Below the pieces are notes generated by a model. The model saw only the letters and a program-made list of their open reading frames with translations, made no database searches and was not told the DNA's origin. The position numbers and the translations under genes are program-made. Source: Candidatus Micrarchaeota archaeon (GTDB lineage Archaea > Micrarchaeota > Micrarchaeia > Micrarchaeales > CABMGC01). Taken from it: a DNA stretch of 64,000 bases. Positions 52,484-61,766 of the stretch are shown here, one piece after another. Position 1 is the stretch's first letter. Every line of letters starts with the position of its first letter. Location: contig DAHWXM010000005.1 in assembly GCA_027334165.1 (NCBI GenBank), positions 955 to 64,954 of the forward strand, given 5' to 3'.

Positions 52484-53350
52484 ATGTCGATTATCGGAGC
52501 GATACTGCGGCTAACCAGGATAGAGCATAGCGTCATGCTGTGCATAGCGGTGGTGTCTGCTGAGATGCTTTCCGGAGGGATTCCATCCCCAGAAATCCTG
52601 GTACTCAGTCTCTTGACTCCAATATTCATCAGCATGTCGGCATTTGCCATAAACGACTACTTCGATGTCGAAGTTGATAGGGCTAACAAGAAAATGCGGC
52701 CGTTGGTAACCGGGGAATTGTCAATGAACACTGCCCTGTACGTGACCGGGGTGTCTATGTTTGTTGGCCTCGTGGCAAGCCTTTTCATCAACACGTACGC
52801 GTTTTCAATAGCCGTGTTATTCGGTGTCGCGTCTCTTCTGTACGGATACAGGCTAAAGGAAATGCTCTTTTGGGGCAATGCATACATAGCCTTCTCAATG
52901 GCCATACCGTTCATATTCGGAAACTTCGTTGTTTCTAGGGATCTGGCACCAGCAATAATCCCGGTGTCAACCATGATCTTCCTGAGTGGCCTATCGCGTG
53001 AAATACACGGAACGATAAGGGACCTAAAGGGAGACTTGAGGGCAAGGGATGTGCACACTCTTCCGAAGGTCATCGGAAGAAGCGCATCGTCGGTGCTCGC
53101 TTTGCTCCTCTATGCAATTGCGATAGCCATAAGCGCTTACCTTTTTATATCCGTTGCGCCGTTTGAGCGCAATGTCACTTACGTATTCCCGATACTCCTC
53201 GTGGATGTCATGCTTGCGTACGTAGGCATTGGATACGTATACCGTAAAACCCAAAGGTTCTATTCTCTGGCAAGAAATGTGTCTCTCTTTGCAATGGCTC
53301 TGGCCCTTATAACCATACTTGCCGCCGCGGTCGTGCACGTGGGCGTCTGA
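52484..53350 (+). CDS. UbiA-family prenyltransferase (DGGGP-synthase-like)
   Basis: AFAINDYFDVEVDRANKKMRPLVTG (NDxxDxxxD) and a second Asp-rich region RDLKGDLRARD. It has 8-9 TM helices. Confidence 0.8.
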   Translation: MSIIGAILRLTRIEHSVMLCIAVVSAEMLSGGIPSPEILVLSLLTPIFISMSAFAINDYFDVEVDRANKKMRPLVTGELSMNTALYVTGVSMFVGLVASLFINTYAFSIAVLFGVASLLYGYRLKEMLFWGNAYIAFSMAIPFIFGNFVVSRDLAPAIIPVSTMIFLSGLSREIHGTIRDLKGDLRARDVHTLPKVIGRSASSVLALLLYAIAIAISAYLFISVAPFERNVTYVFPILLVDVMLAYVGIGYVYRKTQRFYSLARNVSLFAMALALITILAAAVVHVGV

Positions 53351-53353
53351 GAT

Positions 53354-53818
53354 TTACCGCGTGCTGCCTCGCTTGGCGAATACGTTCTTCAGTCTTGCTA
53401 TCTGCTCCTTGACGTGCGTCTTTCCTAGTCCCTTCCTGGACCTCTCTATGTCGGTATAGAGCGCATTGTTTCTCTTTTGGTATCTGTCCGTTTTGTTCCG
53501 GGGTATGATGTGCATGTGCAGGTGCCGTATTGACATGCCAGAGTACTTTCCGGCCTGTATTATCAGGTTGTAGGAGCTGTCATCAGCGTCGTACTCTTTC
53601 AGGAGCACTGGGATAACGGCTTTCAGTGCGGCGTGCATGTACCGCATCTCCTCAGAGTCCAATTCCGTTATGTGCTCCACGTGCCTTTTTGGTATGAGCA
53701 GCACGTGTCCCGGCACGGTAGGCCGTATGTTATACAGCACGAAAAAACGCCTGTTCGTATAAACCGATTCGCTGTTCACGATCTCGGCATTGCAAAAGGG
53801 GTCATCTTCTGTTGCCAT
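53354..53818 (-). CDS. HIT-family nucleotide hydrolase/transferase
   Basis: HLHMHIIP histidine triad and PTVPGHVLLIPKRHV. I trimmed the start to ATG 53818 (MATEDDPFC). Confidence 0.85.
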   Translation of the reverse strand: MATEDDPFCNAEIVNSESVYTNRRFFVLYNIRPTVPGHVLLIPKRHVEHITELDSEEMRYMHAALKAVIPVLLKEYDADDSSYNLIIQAGKYSGMSIRHLHMHIIPRNKTDRYQKRNNALYTDIERSRKGLGKTHVKEQIARLKNVFAKRGSTR

Positions 53819-55637
53819 TTGTCCTACCCCTCTTAGCCTCGTGAATCTGGGCGCCTCTTCGAAATGTGAGCACAATCGCGGTCAGCATGACTATCAGCAG
53901 GATCAACACGGCCAGTATTATCAGCAGCATGGCGTATATGCCGTACACGTCGCCCTGGATGCGGTCTAGCCTGTCCATTATTGTCGAATTTATTGGTGTC
54001 GTTTGGGCTTGTATTGCCGTGCTGTTTACGAATGACCCGGATATCATGCCGTTGTATCTGTCTAGGTACTGTGCAAGAATGCCAGTAGTGTACGCCTGAT
54101 ATGCGTATGACTGCGACAGTGATGCGTTGTTGCTGTTCATTTCGGCCTCGTAAAGATAGAATTTGGACTGCAACGCAAATTCTGTCGGCCATATTCCGTC
54201 ATTGTAGCCGGAAAGGTTTTGGAACAGGGAGTTCTGACTGGTGAGATTTCCAACAACAGAAACATCGCCTGAAAACGCGTTCGCATAAGCCGCATCGTAT
54301 ATTGCAGCGCCGTAGTTGCCTGCCTTATAGCTGCTTATCGCCGACTCCACGTAGAGATTGCCAGTGCCGTACCTGCTTATGCTATTTATAAGCTCGGATG
54401 CATTTCCGCTTACGGATGGACCGTATGACACCGGAGTGCCGCCCTGGTTTGCCGCTATACCATACATCTGTGCGGCAGCCCCACACCACGCGTTTGCGCT
54501 TCCAGCAAGGTACATGCTGCTTACAAGTTCATCGGACGTCTGTGAACTGTTGACACTCTGGTTGGCCTCCGATGCGTATATCTGGCCCCACGACTGCCTC
54601 AGCTCGCCCCCTAGGACATATTCATAATTAAGATTCGTCAGTCTTGGAGACACTATAGCAGAACAGTAATCGCTTACGTTCTGAACAACAGCCTGTGCGC
54701 TCGCCTTTGTTATGTGTTCGGAATTGGAGAAGGTGAATGCGTTTATGTATTCGAGGAAGGAGAGGTCTGATGCGCTGTACAGGTAACCCTTTGCCCCTAT
54801 GCTCTCGTATTGTAACATCTGCCTCTGCATCTGCATGGCGGCATTACCATAGCTGCTGCCCATGTCGGCTATCTGGTTCTCCGTGGAGTTAAGGGTGAAA
54901 TTCTTCAGACTTTCAAATGCGCTCATGTTGCACGTTCCACACGCTATGTTTGCGTAAGGCAATCCAGACGTGTGGTAGTCAACAGTAAGGTTGTACGTCA
55001 AGGGGATCGGTGTCTTATTCCCCAACGCGTATCCGAGTGCCTGTGACGCATTCGCCACTTCCACAATGGGCAGGCCGAACGTCTGCTGTGAGATGTAATA
55101 AAGTTCGTTCTCGAAGCTGCCATTCTGCGCGTATGGAACCATGGCAAAGGTCATTCCGTTTGTGCTCGCTGCCCATATCTTATCGTAGATGCCGCCTATC
55201 TGCCCCACTGTGCCGTTGGGCGAGATAGTGCCTGTGACAGTGAAGTTGCCAAGGAGCTGTTTGTGCTCCAGCCCGGATATTGCAAGCAGTGTAAACGCAA
55301 GCCCCGCGCTAGGGCCGCTCACATCTGTGGTGCTTGCCTGAGGGTCCGATATATAGTAATTGAAATTATACAGCTTCTCATTCACGTTGAGATATGACGT
55401 CGCGTACCGAACAGCGGTCTGCGCCGACCCTATGGTGCTGTTCCCGACGCTCGCAGGACCGGTTATGCTGATAGTTCCATTGCCACGTGTTATGTTAAGG
55501 TACACATGTGTCAGCGTGCCTGTGTCCTGATTTAGATAAACCGCAGGCGCGTGTATGTTTGTCGTGTACGCGTTGGCAATGCCTAGAAGAAGCACAAGCC
55601 CGAACGCCAATATCGATACCCTTGAAATAGGCTCCAT
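53802..55637 (-). CDS. secreted, C-terminally anchored Lon-like S16 serine protease
   Basis: A signal peptide (ILAFGLVLLLGIANA) is present. The S16 core is VSGPSAGLAFTLLAISG...VTGTISPNGTVGQIGGIYDKIWAA (Ser-Lys dyad). A ~400-aa N/S/A/Y-rich region follows, then a C-terminal TM helix (YAMLLIILAVLILLIVMLTAIVL). Confidence 0.7.
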   Translation of the reverse strand: MEPISRVSILAFGLVLLLGIANAYTTNIHAPAVYLNQDTGTLTHVYLNITRGNGTISITGPASVGNSTIGSAQTAVRYATSYLNVNEKLYNFNYYISDPQASTTDVSGPSAGLAFTLLAISGLEHKQLLGNFTVTGTISPNGTVGQIGGIYDKIWAASTNGMTFAMVPYAQNGSFENELYYISQQTFGLPIVEVANASQALGYALGNKTPIPLTYNLTVDYHTSGLPYANIACGTCNMSAFESLKNFTLNSTENQIADMGSSYGNAAMQMQRQMLQYESIGAKGYLYSASDLSFLEYINAFTFSNSEHITKASAQAVVQNVSDYCSAIVSPRLTNLNYEYVLGGELRQSWGQIYASEANQSVNSSQTSDELVSSMYLAGSANAWCGAAAQMYGIAANQGGTPVSYGPSVSGNASELINSISRYGTGNLYVESAISSYKAGNYGAAIYDAAYANAFSGDVSVVGNLTSQNSLFQNLSGYNDGIWPTEFALQSKFYLYEAEMNSNNASLSQSYAYQAYTTGILAQYLDRYNGMISGSFVNSTAIQAQTTPINSTIMDRLDRIQGDVYGIYAMLLIILAVLILLIVMLTAIVLTFRRGAQIHEAKRGRTNGNRR

Positions 55638-55695
55638 GCTTGTTCTTATACACGTGAACGTTTAAAAATTACTATCAGGCCATGGAAGCAATGCA

Positions 55696-56958
55696 CTAAA
55701 AGTCCTGCATTGTCCTCTGGCTTCCCGACGTCTTTTTGTTCACCGTGCCCATTATGTCAACTATGCCGAAGACCCCATCATATCCTGGAATGACATTCAC
55801 CTTCTCATCCCTTATTCTAGATATCGCATTGCCCAATCCCTCATCGACCCCGTCCAGGCTGTCAGCATCGCACTTGAGGAGCACCCCCATCTCGCTTCCA
55901 AACGCCCTTATCAGACGATCATACGTCTCTCGCACGCGCTTGGTATTGATCCCCATGCCTGATACGCCGGCTATGACCTCAAGCAGAGGCACAGCGTGCA
56001 CGTATGGCTTGCCACTGATTGGTCTCGCACCCTCTTCCCTATCCGCAAGCTCCTCTATCCTATGCAAGACGCCTATCGTGAGCCTTCTCCTGCACTTAGG
56101 ACATAAGTTGTTATATTTCTTAGACTCTTCCGGACTCAGAGAGACATTGCAATTCCTATGCCCGTCAAAATGATACTTGCCTTCCTCCGGATAGAACTCC
56201 ACTGTCATACTTGTGTCATGCTCTCGGATCTTTCTCTCCAGTCCAGCAAAGCTCGGCTTTTTATCTCCGAAATCGAATGACGTAACTTCACGGCCTATCT
56301 TGTCCAGAGAATGCGCATCGCTTCCCGACAGCAGTGTGTACTTGTCCAGGGCAGATACCCGCCAATTCATCCCGGGGTCACTGCTTAATCCCGTCTCTAC
56401 GGCATGCACGTGCTGTGCCTGATCTTCGTATGCATCATCTATGGAATCGAAACCGGAAAATGCCCCAAGAGCGCCGAACCATGGCGTCCACACGTGTGCG
56501 CCAAACAGGACAATCCTGTTGTCAATACCATGGAGGATCTCTGACAGCCCTGCTGCGCTCAACCTGAGTACGGGCCTTCCGTCAGCAGCGAGGTTGCCAA
56601 ACTTTGACAGCGCCCCATTTATCTGGGAAACCGCCTCGAGGCTTGGCGCCAGAACGCAGTTGTGCACTTTTTTTACGTGGCCGCTCTTATCGCCCGCCTC
56701 GAATATCGTGGCTATTTCACATGACAGCACGAATTTTGTGCCAGTGTCGCTTCCTCTGAGCGTGTAGAGTCCACTTTCATCCGCATCTATCAGTTTCTTT
56801 TCAAGCTCAGAGAACCATACGGGGTGCGTGAAGTCCCCTGTGCCTATGATGTCAATGCCCTTCATCTTTGCCGCAGCTCCTATATTTTCCAGGGTAAGCT
56901 TGTCGCTGCATGCGACCGCATGTCGTGAATGGATGTGAAGATCGGTAATATGCTCCAT
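55696..56958 (-). CDS. endoQ: endonuclease Q-like PHP-domain nuclease
   Basis: ITDLHIHSRHAVACS...KGIDIIGTGDFTHPVWF (PHP N-terminus) and the Zn finger CPKCRRRLT. The size of about 420 aa is as in archaeal EndoQ. Confidence 0.7.
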   Translation of the reverse strand: MEHITDLHIHSRHAVACSDKLTLENIGAAAKMKGIDIIGTGDFTHPVWFSELEKKLIDADESGLYTLRGSDTGTKFVLSCEIATIFEAGDKSGHVKKVHNCVLAPSLEAVSQINGALSKFGNLAADGRPVLRLSAAGLSEILHGIDNRIVLFGAHVWTPWFGALGAFSGFDSIDDAYEDQAQHVHAVETGLSSDPGMNWRVSALDKYTLLSGSDAHSLDKIGREVTSFDFGDKKPSFAGLERKIREHDTSMTVEFYPEEGKYHFDGHRNCNVSLSPEESKKYNNLCPKCRRRLTIGVLHRIEELADREEGARPISGKPYVHAVPLLEVIAGVSGMGINTKRVRETYDRLIRAFGSEMGVLLKCDADSLDGVDEGLGNAISRIRDEKVNVIPGYDGVFGIVDIMGTVNKKTSGSQRTMQDF

Positions 56959-57621
56959 CTAATCACTTCTGGTTACGCCGTTCCTCCTGCACCTTCCGTT
57001 AAGGAAGCACTTGCTACACACCGGCACAACTGATTTGCAGATAGCATGACCGTGCGCCTTCATCACGTACGCAAAGTTCCTCCAATACTTTCTTTTTACG
57101 ATCCGCTTGAGATCCTCCTCTATGAGATCGGGTTTTGCCGAAATCGAAAGGCCTGTCCTGTTCGATATCTTAATGACCCATGTGTCCACTGGTATTCCAT
57201 CCACTATCCCATACGCGTTTATCAGTATGGTGTTTGCCGTCTTCCTGCCGATTCCTGGAAGTTTGAGCAGGGCGTCCATGCTGTCCGGAACTTTTCCGCA
57301 GTAGTCTTTGACGATGATATTGCATGCCTTTATTATGTTTCTTGCCTTGTTTCCTGCAAAGCTAACGCTCTTCACGCAATCCTCCAGCTCTTTCAGGTCG
57401 GCATTGGCATAGTCCTTTGCCGTCCTATACCTGTCGAATAGCACAGGCGTAGATCTGTTAACAATCTCATCTTTTGTCTGCGCCGATAATATTGCCGCCA
57501 CTAGAAGGTCTATGGGAGTCTTGAAATTCAGATAGTAATGGGAATCCGGATAGTTCTCCTCCAATAGCTCTATGGTCTCAGCGGCATCCTTGGCGTCGAG
57601 CATCACCGGCACGAGCTTCAC
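56959..57621 (-). CDS. nth: endonuclease III
   Basis: HhH motif LPGIGRKTANTILINAYG and an Fe-S cluster loop CKSVVPVCSKCFLNGRC. Confidence 0.9.
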   Translation of the reverse strand: MKLVPVMLDAKDAAETIELLEENYPDSHYYLNFKTPIDLLVAAILSAQTKDEIVNRSTPVLFDRYRTAKDYANADLKELEDCVKSVSFAGNKARNIIKACNIIVKDYCGKVPDSMDALLKLPGIGRKTANTILINAYGIVDGIPVDTWVIKISNRTGLSISAKPDLIEEDLKRIVKRKYWRNFAYVMKAHGHAICKSVVPVCSKCFLNGRCRRNGVTRSD

Positions 57622-58103
57622 CTCTTATATCCGAGCTTCCTGAGAAGGGCGTGCCTGGCCTCCTCATCCTCCCTACTCTCAAATCCATTGGGTGTGCGGC
57701 CATCTATCACCCCCAATATGCCATTACCCTGCTCTGTACCGGCAATTATGACCTCTACCGGATTTGACGTTGCGCAGTGAACGACCTGCACCTCGCTGAT
57801 GCTCTTTATCGCATTCACCACGTTTATTGGGTATGCTCCCTTGAATAGCACTATGAAACTGTGTCCGGCCGCCAGTGCCGCCATATTCTTCCTCGCAAGT
57901 GCTATCAGCTCGTCGTTGTTGCCATCCGACCGTATGAGACAAGGGCCACTGGCCTCGGCGAATGCAAGGCCAAATTTCACCCCGGGGACGGACTCTGTCA
58001 TGCACTCGTAAAGGTCCTCAACCGTCTTGATGAAACTGGCATGGCCTATCACGACCTGCGTTTCCTCATCCTTATCGATTCTTATTGCGTCTATTGATAC
58101 CAT
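57618..58103 (-). CDS. COG1839/PF04008-family protein (annotated elsewhere as adenosine-specific kinase)
   Basis: FIKTVEDLYECM...PGVKFGLAFAEASGPCLIRSDGN...AGHSFIVLFKGAYPINVVNAIK...VHCATSNPVEVIIA...GILGVIDG...LRKLGYK. Confidence 0.65.
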   Translation of the reverse strand: MVSIDAIRIDKDEETQVVIGHASFIKTVEDLYECMTESVPGVKFGLAFAEASGPCLIRSDGNNDELIALARKNMAALAAGHSFIVLFKGAYPINVVNAIKSISEVQVVHCATSNPVEVIIAGTEQGNGILGVIDGRTPNGFESREDEEARHALLRKLGYKR

Positions 58104-58107
58104 ATGA

Positions 58108-59466
58108 TCACGGCGTCAGCCTTTCCCGGTCGCGCGGGAACATGGCGCACTCCCGTATATTAGTACTGCCTGTCAACTTCATCGTTATTCTCTCCAGTCC
58201 GAGGCTCCATCCCGCATGCGGAGGAGCTCCCATCCTAAAGGCATTTATGTAGAACTCGAATTCCTTCGGGTCTAGGCCCCTCTTTTCAAGGGCGCCGATG
58301 AGTAGCGATGGTTTGTGTATACGCTGGGCTCCGCTCGATATTTCCAGTCCCTTGTATATAAGATCATAGCTGTTTGAGACTTCGGGGTCGCCGGAGTTCG
58401 GCATGCTGTAAAATGCCCTTATGCTCGTCGGATATTCTTTCACTATGATCGCGTCACCATACAGCCGTGTGAGCATCGTTTCATCATCACGGCTGAAATC
58501 TTGCCCGAACTCAATCTTAGAGCCATTAGCCGCTAGCTTGGATATTGCTTTTTTGTACGTAACGTCCTTCACCCTGCTCTTCTGAAACTCGACTCCGAGA
58601 GTCTCAAGGTCGGCAGCGCTCTCCTTAAGCACAGCGTCTAATATCGAGGAAAATGCCTTCTTCAGCATTGCTATCGCGTCATTGTGATCTGCAAATCCCA
58701 TCTCGATATCCATCTGTGTGCTCTCGTTCAGATGGAATATGGTGTTGTGCTTTTCGGCTCTGAACACCGGAACGGTCATGAACACCCTGTCCATACCTCC
58801 TATGACTGCCAATTGCTTGTATATCTGCGGAGACTGTGCCAGGTACGCCTTCTTCTCAAAGTAGCCTATCTGGAACAAGTCTGCACCGCCTTCGGTTGCC
58901 GCTTCGACTATGCTGGGTGGTCTTATCTCCTGGAAGCCGTTCTTTGCTGCAAAGTTCCTAAAGCCATGAAGCACAGCGGACTGTATGTTGAAAATGGCCG
59001 TGGTCTCCTTCCTCCTGAGATCCACGTACCTGTAGTTTAGCCTTACATCAAGCTCGGCCGGAACCTTCCCAGTAACCTCAAACGGCATGCTGCGCTCAAG
59101 CGGATTCAGGTCGATTACGCGCACAGGAAGCAGCTCGAACCCGTTCCTCACCTGCGGATTCTTCTTAATCCTTCCACGTATCGTCACTACGCTTTCCTTA
59201 GGAAGATCCATGGCCTTCATGACCTGCGGATCAGATGTGCCCTCCTTTGCCGTGACCTGCACTATGCCGCTGTGATCTCTTAGCAGGAGGAATATGATCT
59301 TTCCTATGTTCCGGGTCTCATGTACCCATCCCGCCACCTCCACTTCGGAACCTTCCGGAACAGATGCCAATTCCGAAACGTAGTGGCTCCTGTATTCGTT
59401 TCTCAATGTAACACCACATATCTCTTGGCGTGAGGTATTAAAATACTCTGCTGTGTACGCCATCAC
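58108..59466 (-). CDS. aspS: aspartyl-tRNA synthetase (archaeal type)
   Basis: Class IIb aaRS with [37 protein letters not shown] and C-terminus [10 protein letters not shown]. Confidence 0.88.
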   Translation of the reverse strand: MMAYTAEYFNTSRQEICGVTLRNEYRSHYVSELASVPEGSEVEVAGWVHETRNIGKIIFLLLRDHSGIVQVTAKEGTSDPQVMKAMDLPKESVVTIRGRIKKNPQVRNGFELLPVRVIDLNPLERSMPFEVTGKVPAELDVRLNYRYVDLRRKETTAIFNIQSAVLHGFRNFAAKNGFQEIRPPSIVEAATEGGADLFQIGYFEKKAYLAQSPQIYKQLAVIGGMDRVFMTVPVFRAEKHNTIFHLNESTQMDIEMGFADHNDAIAMLKKAFSSILDAVLKESAADLETLGVEFQKSRVKDVTYKKAISKLAANGSKIEFGQDFSRDDETMLTRLYGDAIIVKEYPTSIRAFYSMPNSGDPEVSNSYDLIYKGLEISSGAQRIHKPSLLIGALEKRGLDPKEFEFYINAFRMGAPPHAGWSLGLERITMKLTGSTNIRECAMFPRDRERLTP

Positions 59467-59507
59467 CGGTATAGACTGTCGGATTTGCGGGTGTCGGAAA
59501 AATTAAA

Positions 59508-59933
59508 ATGCTTATGCATCCCAGTGCTTTTGTTGGCATGGTGTCCGTATCCTCTATAATGCAGAAGCACATCGTCGGAGTATCGGTTGGGACGAATGTG
59601 AGGCTCGCTATCACACTCATGAAAAAGACGCACATCGCGGTGATGCCGGTTCTTGACAACGGCATCCTGGTTGGGCTGTTGGCAATCGACCAGCTTGAGA
59701 AACGGCATCTGACGAATGAACCTGTTGGCGTTGTGATGGAACCTCCGGAATTTGTGGAGGAATCTAGCAGCGCGGAATCCGCAGCCTCAATCCTGGTCAA
59801 GACAGGGCATTCCCGCCTTCCGGTAGTCGACAACAGGCATGATCTGCGTGTCGTAGGCACAATAACATCTACCGGTATCGTACATACCCTTGAGAACGGC
59901 CCGAATCCCATCTCACGCCGGCGAGGCGCGTAG
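59508..59933 (+). CDS. CBS-pair domain protein
   Basis: Two CBS motifs: IMQKHIVGVSVGTNVRLAITLMKKTHIAVMPVLDNGILVGLLA and AASILVKTGHSRLPVVDNRHDLRVVGTITSTGI. Confidence 0.75.
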   Translation: MLMHPSAFVGMVSVSSIMQKHIVGVSVGTNVRLAITLMKKTHIAVMPVLDNGILVGLLAIDQLEKRHLTNEPVGVVMEPPEFVEESSSAESAASILVKTGHSRLPVVDNRHDLRVVGTITSTGIVHTLENGPNPISRRRGA

Positions 59934-59940
59934 ATACGCG

Positions 59941-60576
59941 TTATCGCGACTCGTCCTTCTCCAACAGTATCTCTATGGAACTAACCTTGGACGTGCTTCC
60001 ATCCTCGTTTTCTATCGCTTCGGAATTTATTGCGATACTGTCAGTGCTGGGGTTTTTCGCAGCGGCGACGAACCGGTTCCTTGCAATTTCCACTACGTCG
60101 ACGGCCTTGCTTATGGCATTGCCGCGCGCCTTCACCGTAACGCTGTCACGACCGTTGTTCATCTGCGTGACTACTGCGAGCACGTAGTTCATGGTTGGCT
60201 TCTTTCCTATCAGCACAGAATTCTCAATAAGGTTTTCTACAACAGGGTGCTCTCCATCAAGCTTTGATAGCAGTATCTGGATCGAACTGACCTTCGACTT
60301 TGTACCATCCTCGTTCGATATCTCCTCCGAGCCTATCTGTATGTTTGCGCTGCTGGGGCTTTTCAGTGATGTCATGAACCTATTCCGGACTATCTCGGCG
60401 ACATCGACGGCCTTGCTTATGGCATTGCCCCTTGCTCGTATCCGTACGTTATCCGCACCGTTGTTAAACTGCGTGACTACTGCGAGCACGTAGTTCATTG
60501 GCGGCTTCTTCCCAACCAAAACGACGTTGTTCCGAACTGCCACGTTGCCATCCATGTTGTTGTTTTCCTCCTCCAT
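59941..60576 (-). CDS. albA: tandem-Alba chromatin/RNA-binding protein (two Alba domains in one chain)
   Basis: The first domain is [51 protein letters not shown]...[12 protein letters not shown]. The second is [51 protein letters not shown]...[12 protein letters not shown]. Confidence 0.85.
   Translation of the reverse strand: MEEENNNMDGNVAVRNNVVLVGKKPPMNYVLAVVTQFNNGADNVRIRARGNAISKAVDVAEIVRNRFMTSLKSPSSANIQIGSEEISNEDGTKSKVSSIQILLSKLDGEHPVVENLIENSVLIGKKPTMNYVLAVVTQMNNGRDSVTVKARGNAISKAVDVVEIARNRFVAAAKNPSTDSIAINSEAIENEDGSTSKVSSIEILLEKDESR
59961..60531 (-). repeat. intragenic tandem duplication (~270 nt x2) encoding the two Alba domains
   Basis: The DNA units at 59961-60228 and 60264-60531 share long near-identical runs, for example ctactgcgagcacgtagttcat in both. 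Confidence 0.75.
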
Positions 60577-60694
60577 ATGTTCACCGGTCGTTGATCGTGT
60601 TTAGTACTTCGTCAATCGCTGCTTTCCGTATCAATTTTGCGTGGCCCAAATTTATAACCCTTGTCGCTTGCTGCATGAATGCCTCTGTTCAACA

Positions 60695-61753
60695 TCACGA
60701 GGCGCCCTGGCACATGGTGCTGTTTGCATAGCACACTGCGTTGTTTGCCGTTTGAGGTATAGCCAGGTATTTGCAGTCCACCACGACCGCGGGCACACTG
60801 GTTATGTTGTAGTACGATGCAAATAATGCCTGTGCATTTACGGTGCTGGATGCGCTGTTCACACAGGCATCAAGCGCGGTCACGTTCAGCCCCGCGGTAC
60901 CGGATATGCTCTCCAGGGTATTCTGCGATATGTAATCGCCTCCATAGATGCTGTTCAGTGCTGATGAAAAGTTTCCAAATCCACTTTGCAGTGAGGCACA
61001 CATGACGTACTTTCCGAGGTACTGCGCATCGAGCGCCCCGACCTGATCGGCTATGCGCTGGTATGAGCTGCCGTACACCGTCTTGATCGATATGTTTATC
61101 CCGTTACCGTACTCCTTTTTTAATGCCGTTATATTTTCGAGGCTCTGCACCGCGCCAGGAGCGTATGGATCCATGAACCAGTACGCCTGCAGCGGAGACC
61201 TTACAAGGCACGTCGGTTTTCCGGACAGAGCTACTACTCCGCGTGATACCACCATGTCACCGGTAGGATATGGTCGCGCGAGCTGTATGAATGGGGTAAC
61301 CAGCGAGCCATTCGCATCGCTTATCAGTGCCGATACGTAAAACGTTCCATTTCCAGCGGCGGAGTATGAGGGGATGCTAACGTACCAGTCTTTCAACTGC
61401 GGAATGTAACTGGCATTTGTCATGGAGGTGTCAGTGTAGAAAGGAAGCAGGGAAAGGGAGCTGTTTGTCTGCAGGTAACCCGCAACCATGCCATCAGCGA
61501 TCTTCTTTATCTGACTGGCGGTGTACCTGGTTGTGTTTCCCGGTGTGCTTGCGTTCTGGGTGGCGTTCTGCTGCGGCATTACAACCGGCTTGTAGTACGA
61601 CACTATCAACAACAAAGCAATCAATACAAGCGCGAGCACTATTAGCGCAACGTGAATCCCGTCAAGGCCACCGAATCCCTTGACAGGACGTACGAGTACG
61701 CTCGGCTCATTTATGCTCCCGGAAATTCCCTTCTTTCCTCCCTTGCCTGCCAT
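60695..61753 (-). CDS. membrane-anchored DsbA-like thioredoxin-fold protein lacking the CxxC active site
   Basis: An N-terminal TM helix (IHVALIVLALVLIALLLIV) is present. The C-terminal half aligns by eye with DsbA/Thioredoxin_4. AYWFMDPYAPGAV sits where ..F.D..CP.C. is expected, and NITSVPAVVVDCKY where g.gTPtfvvnGk is expected. Confidence 0.55.
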   Translation of the reverse strand: MAGKGGKKGISGSINEPSVLVRPVKGFGGLDGIHVALIVLALVLIALLLIVSYYKPVVMPQQNATQNASTPGNTTRYTASQIKKIADGMVAGYLQTNSSLSLLPFYTDTSMTNASYIPQLKDWYVSIPSYSAAGNGTFYVSALISDANGSLVTPFIQLARPYPTGDMVVSRGVVALSGKPTCLVRSPLQAYWFMDPYAPGAVQSLENITALKKEYGNGINISIKTVYGSSYQRIADQVGALDAQYLGKYVMCASLQSGFGNFSSALNSIYGGDYISQNTLESISGTAGLNVTALDACVNSASSTVNAQALFASYYNITSVPAVVVDCKYLAIPQTANNAVCYANSTMCQGAS

Positions 61754-61766
61754 GTTAACACCAAAA

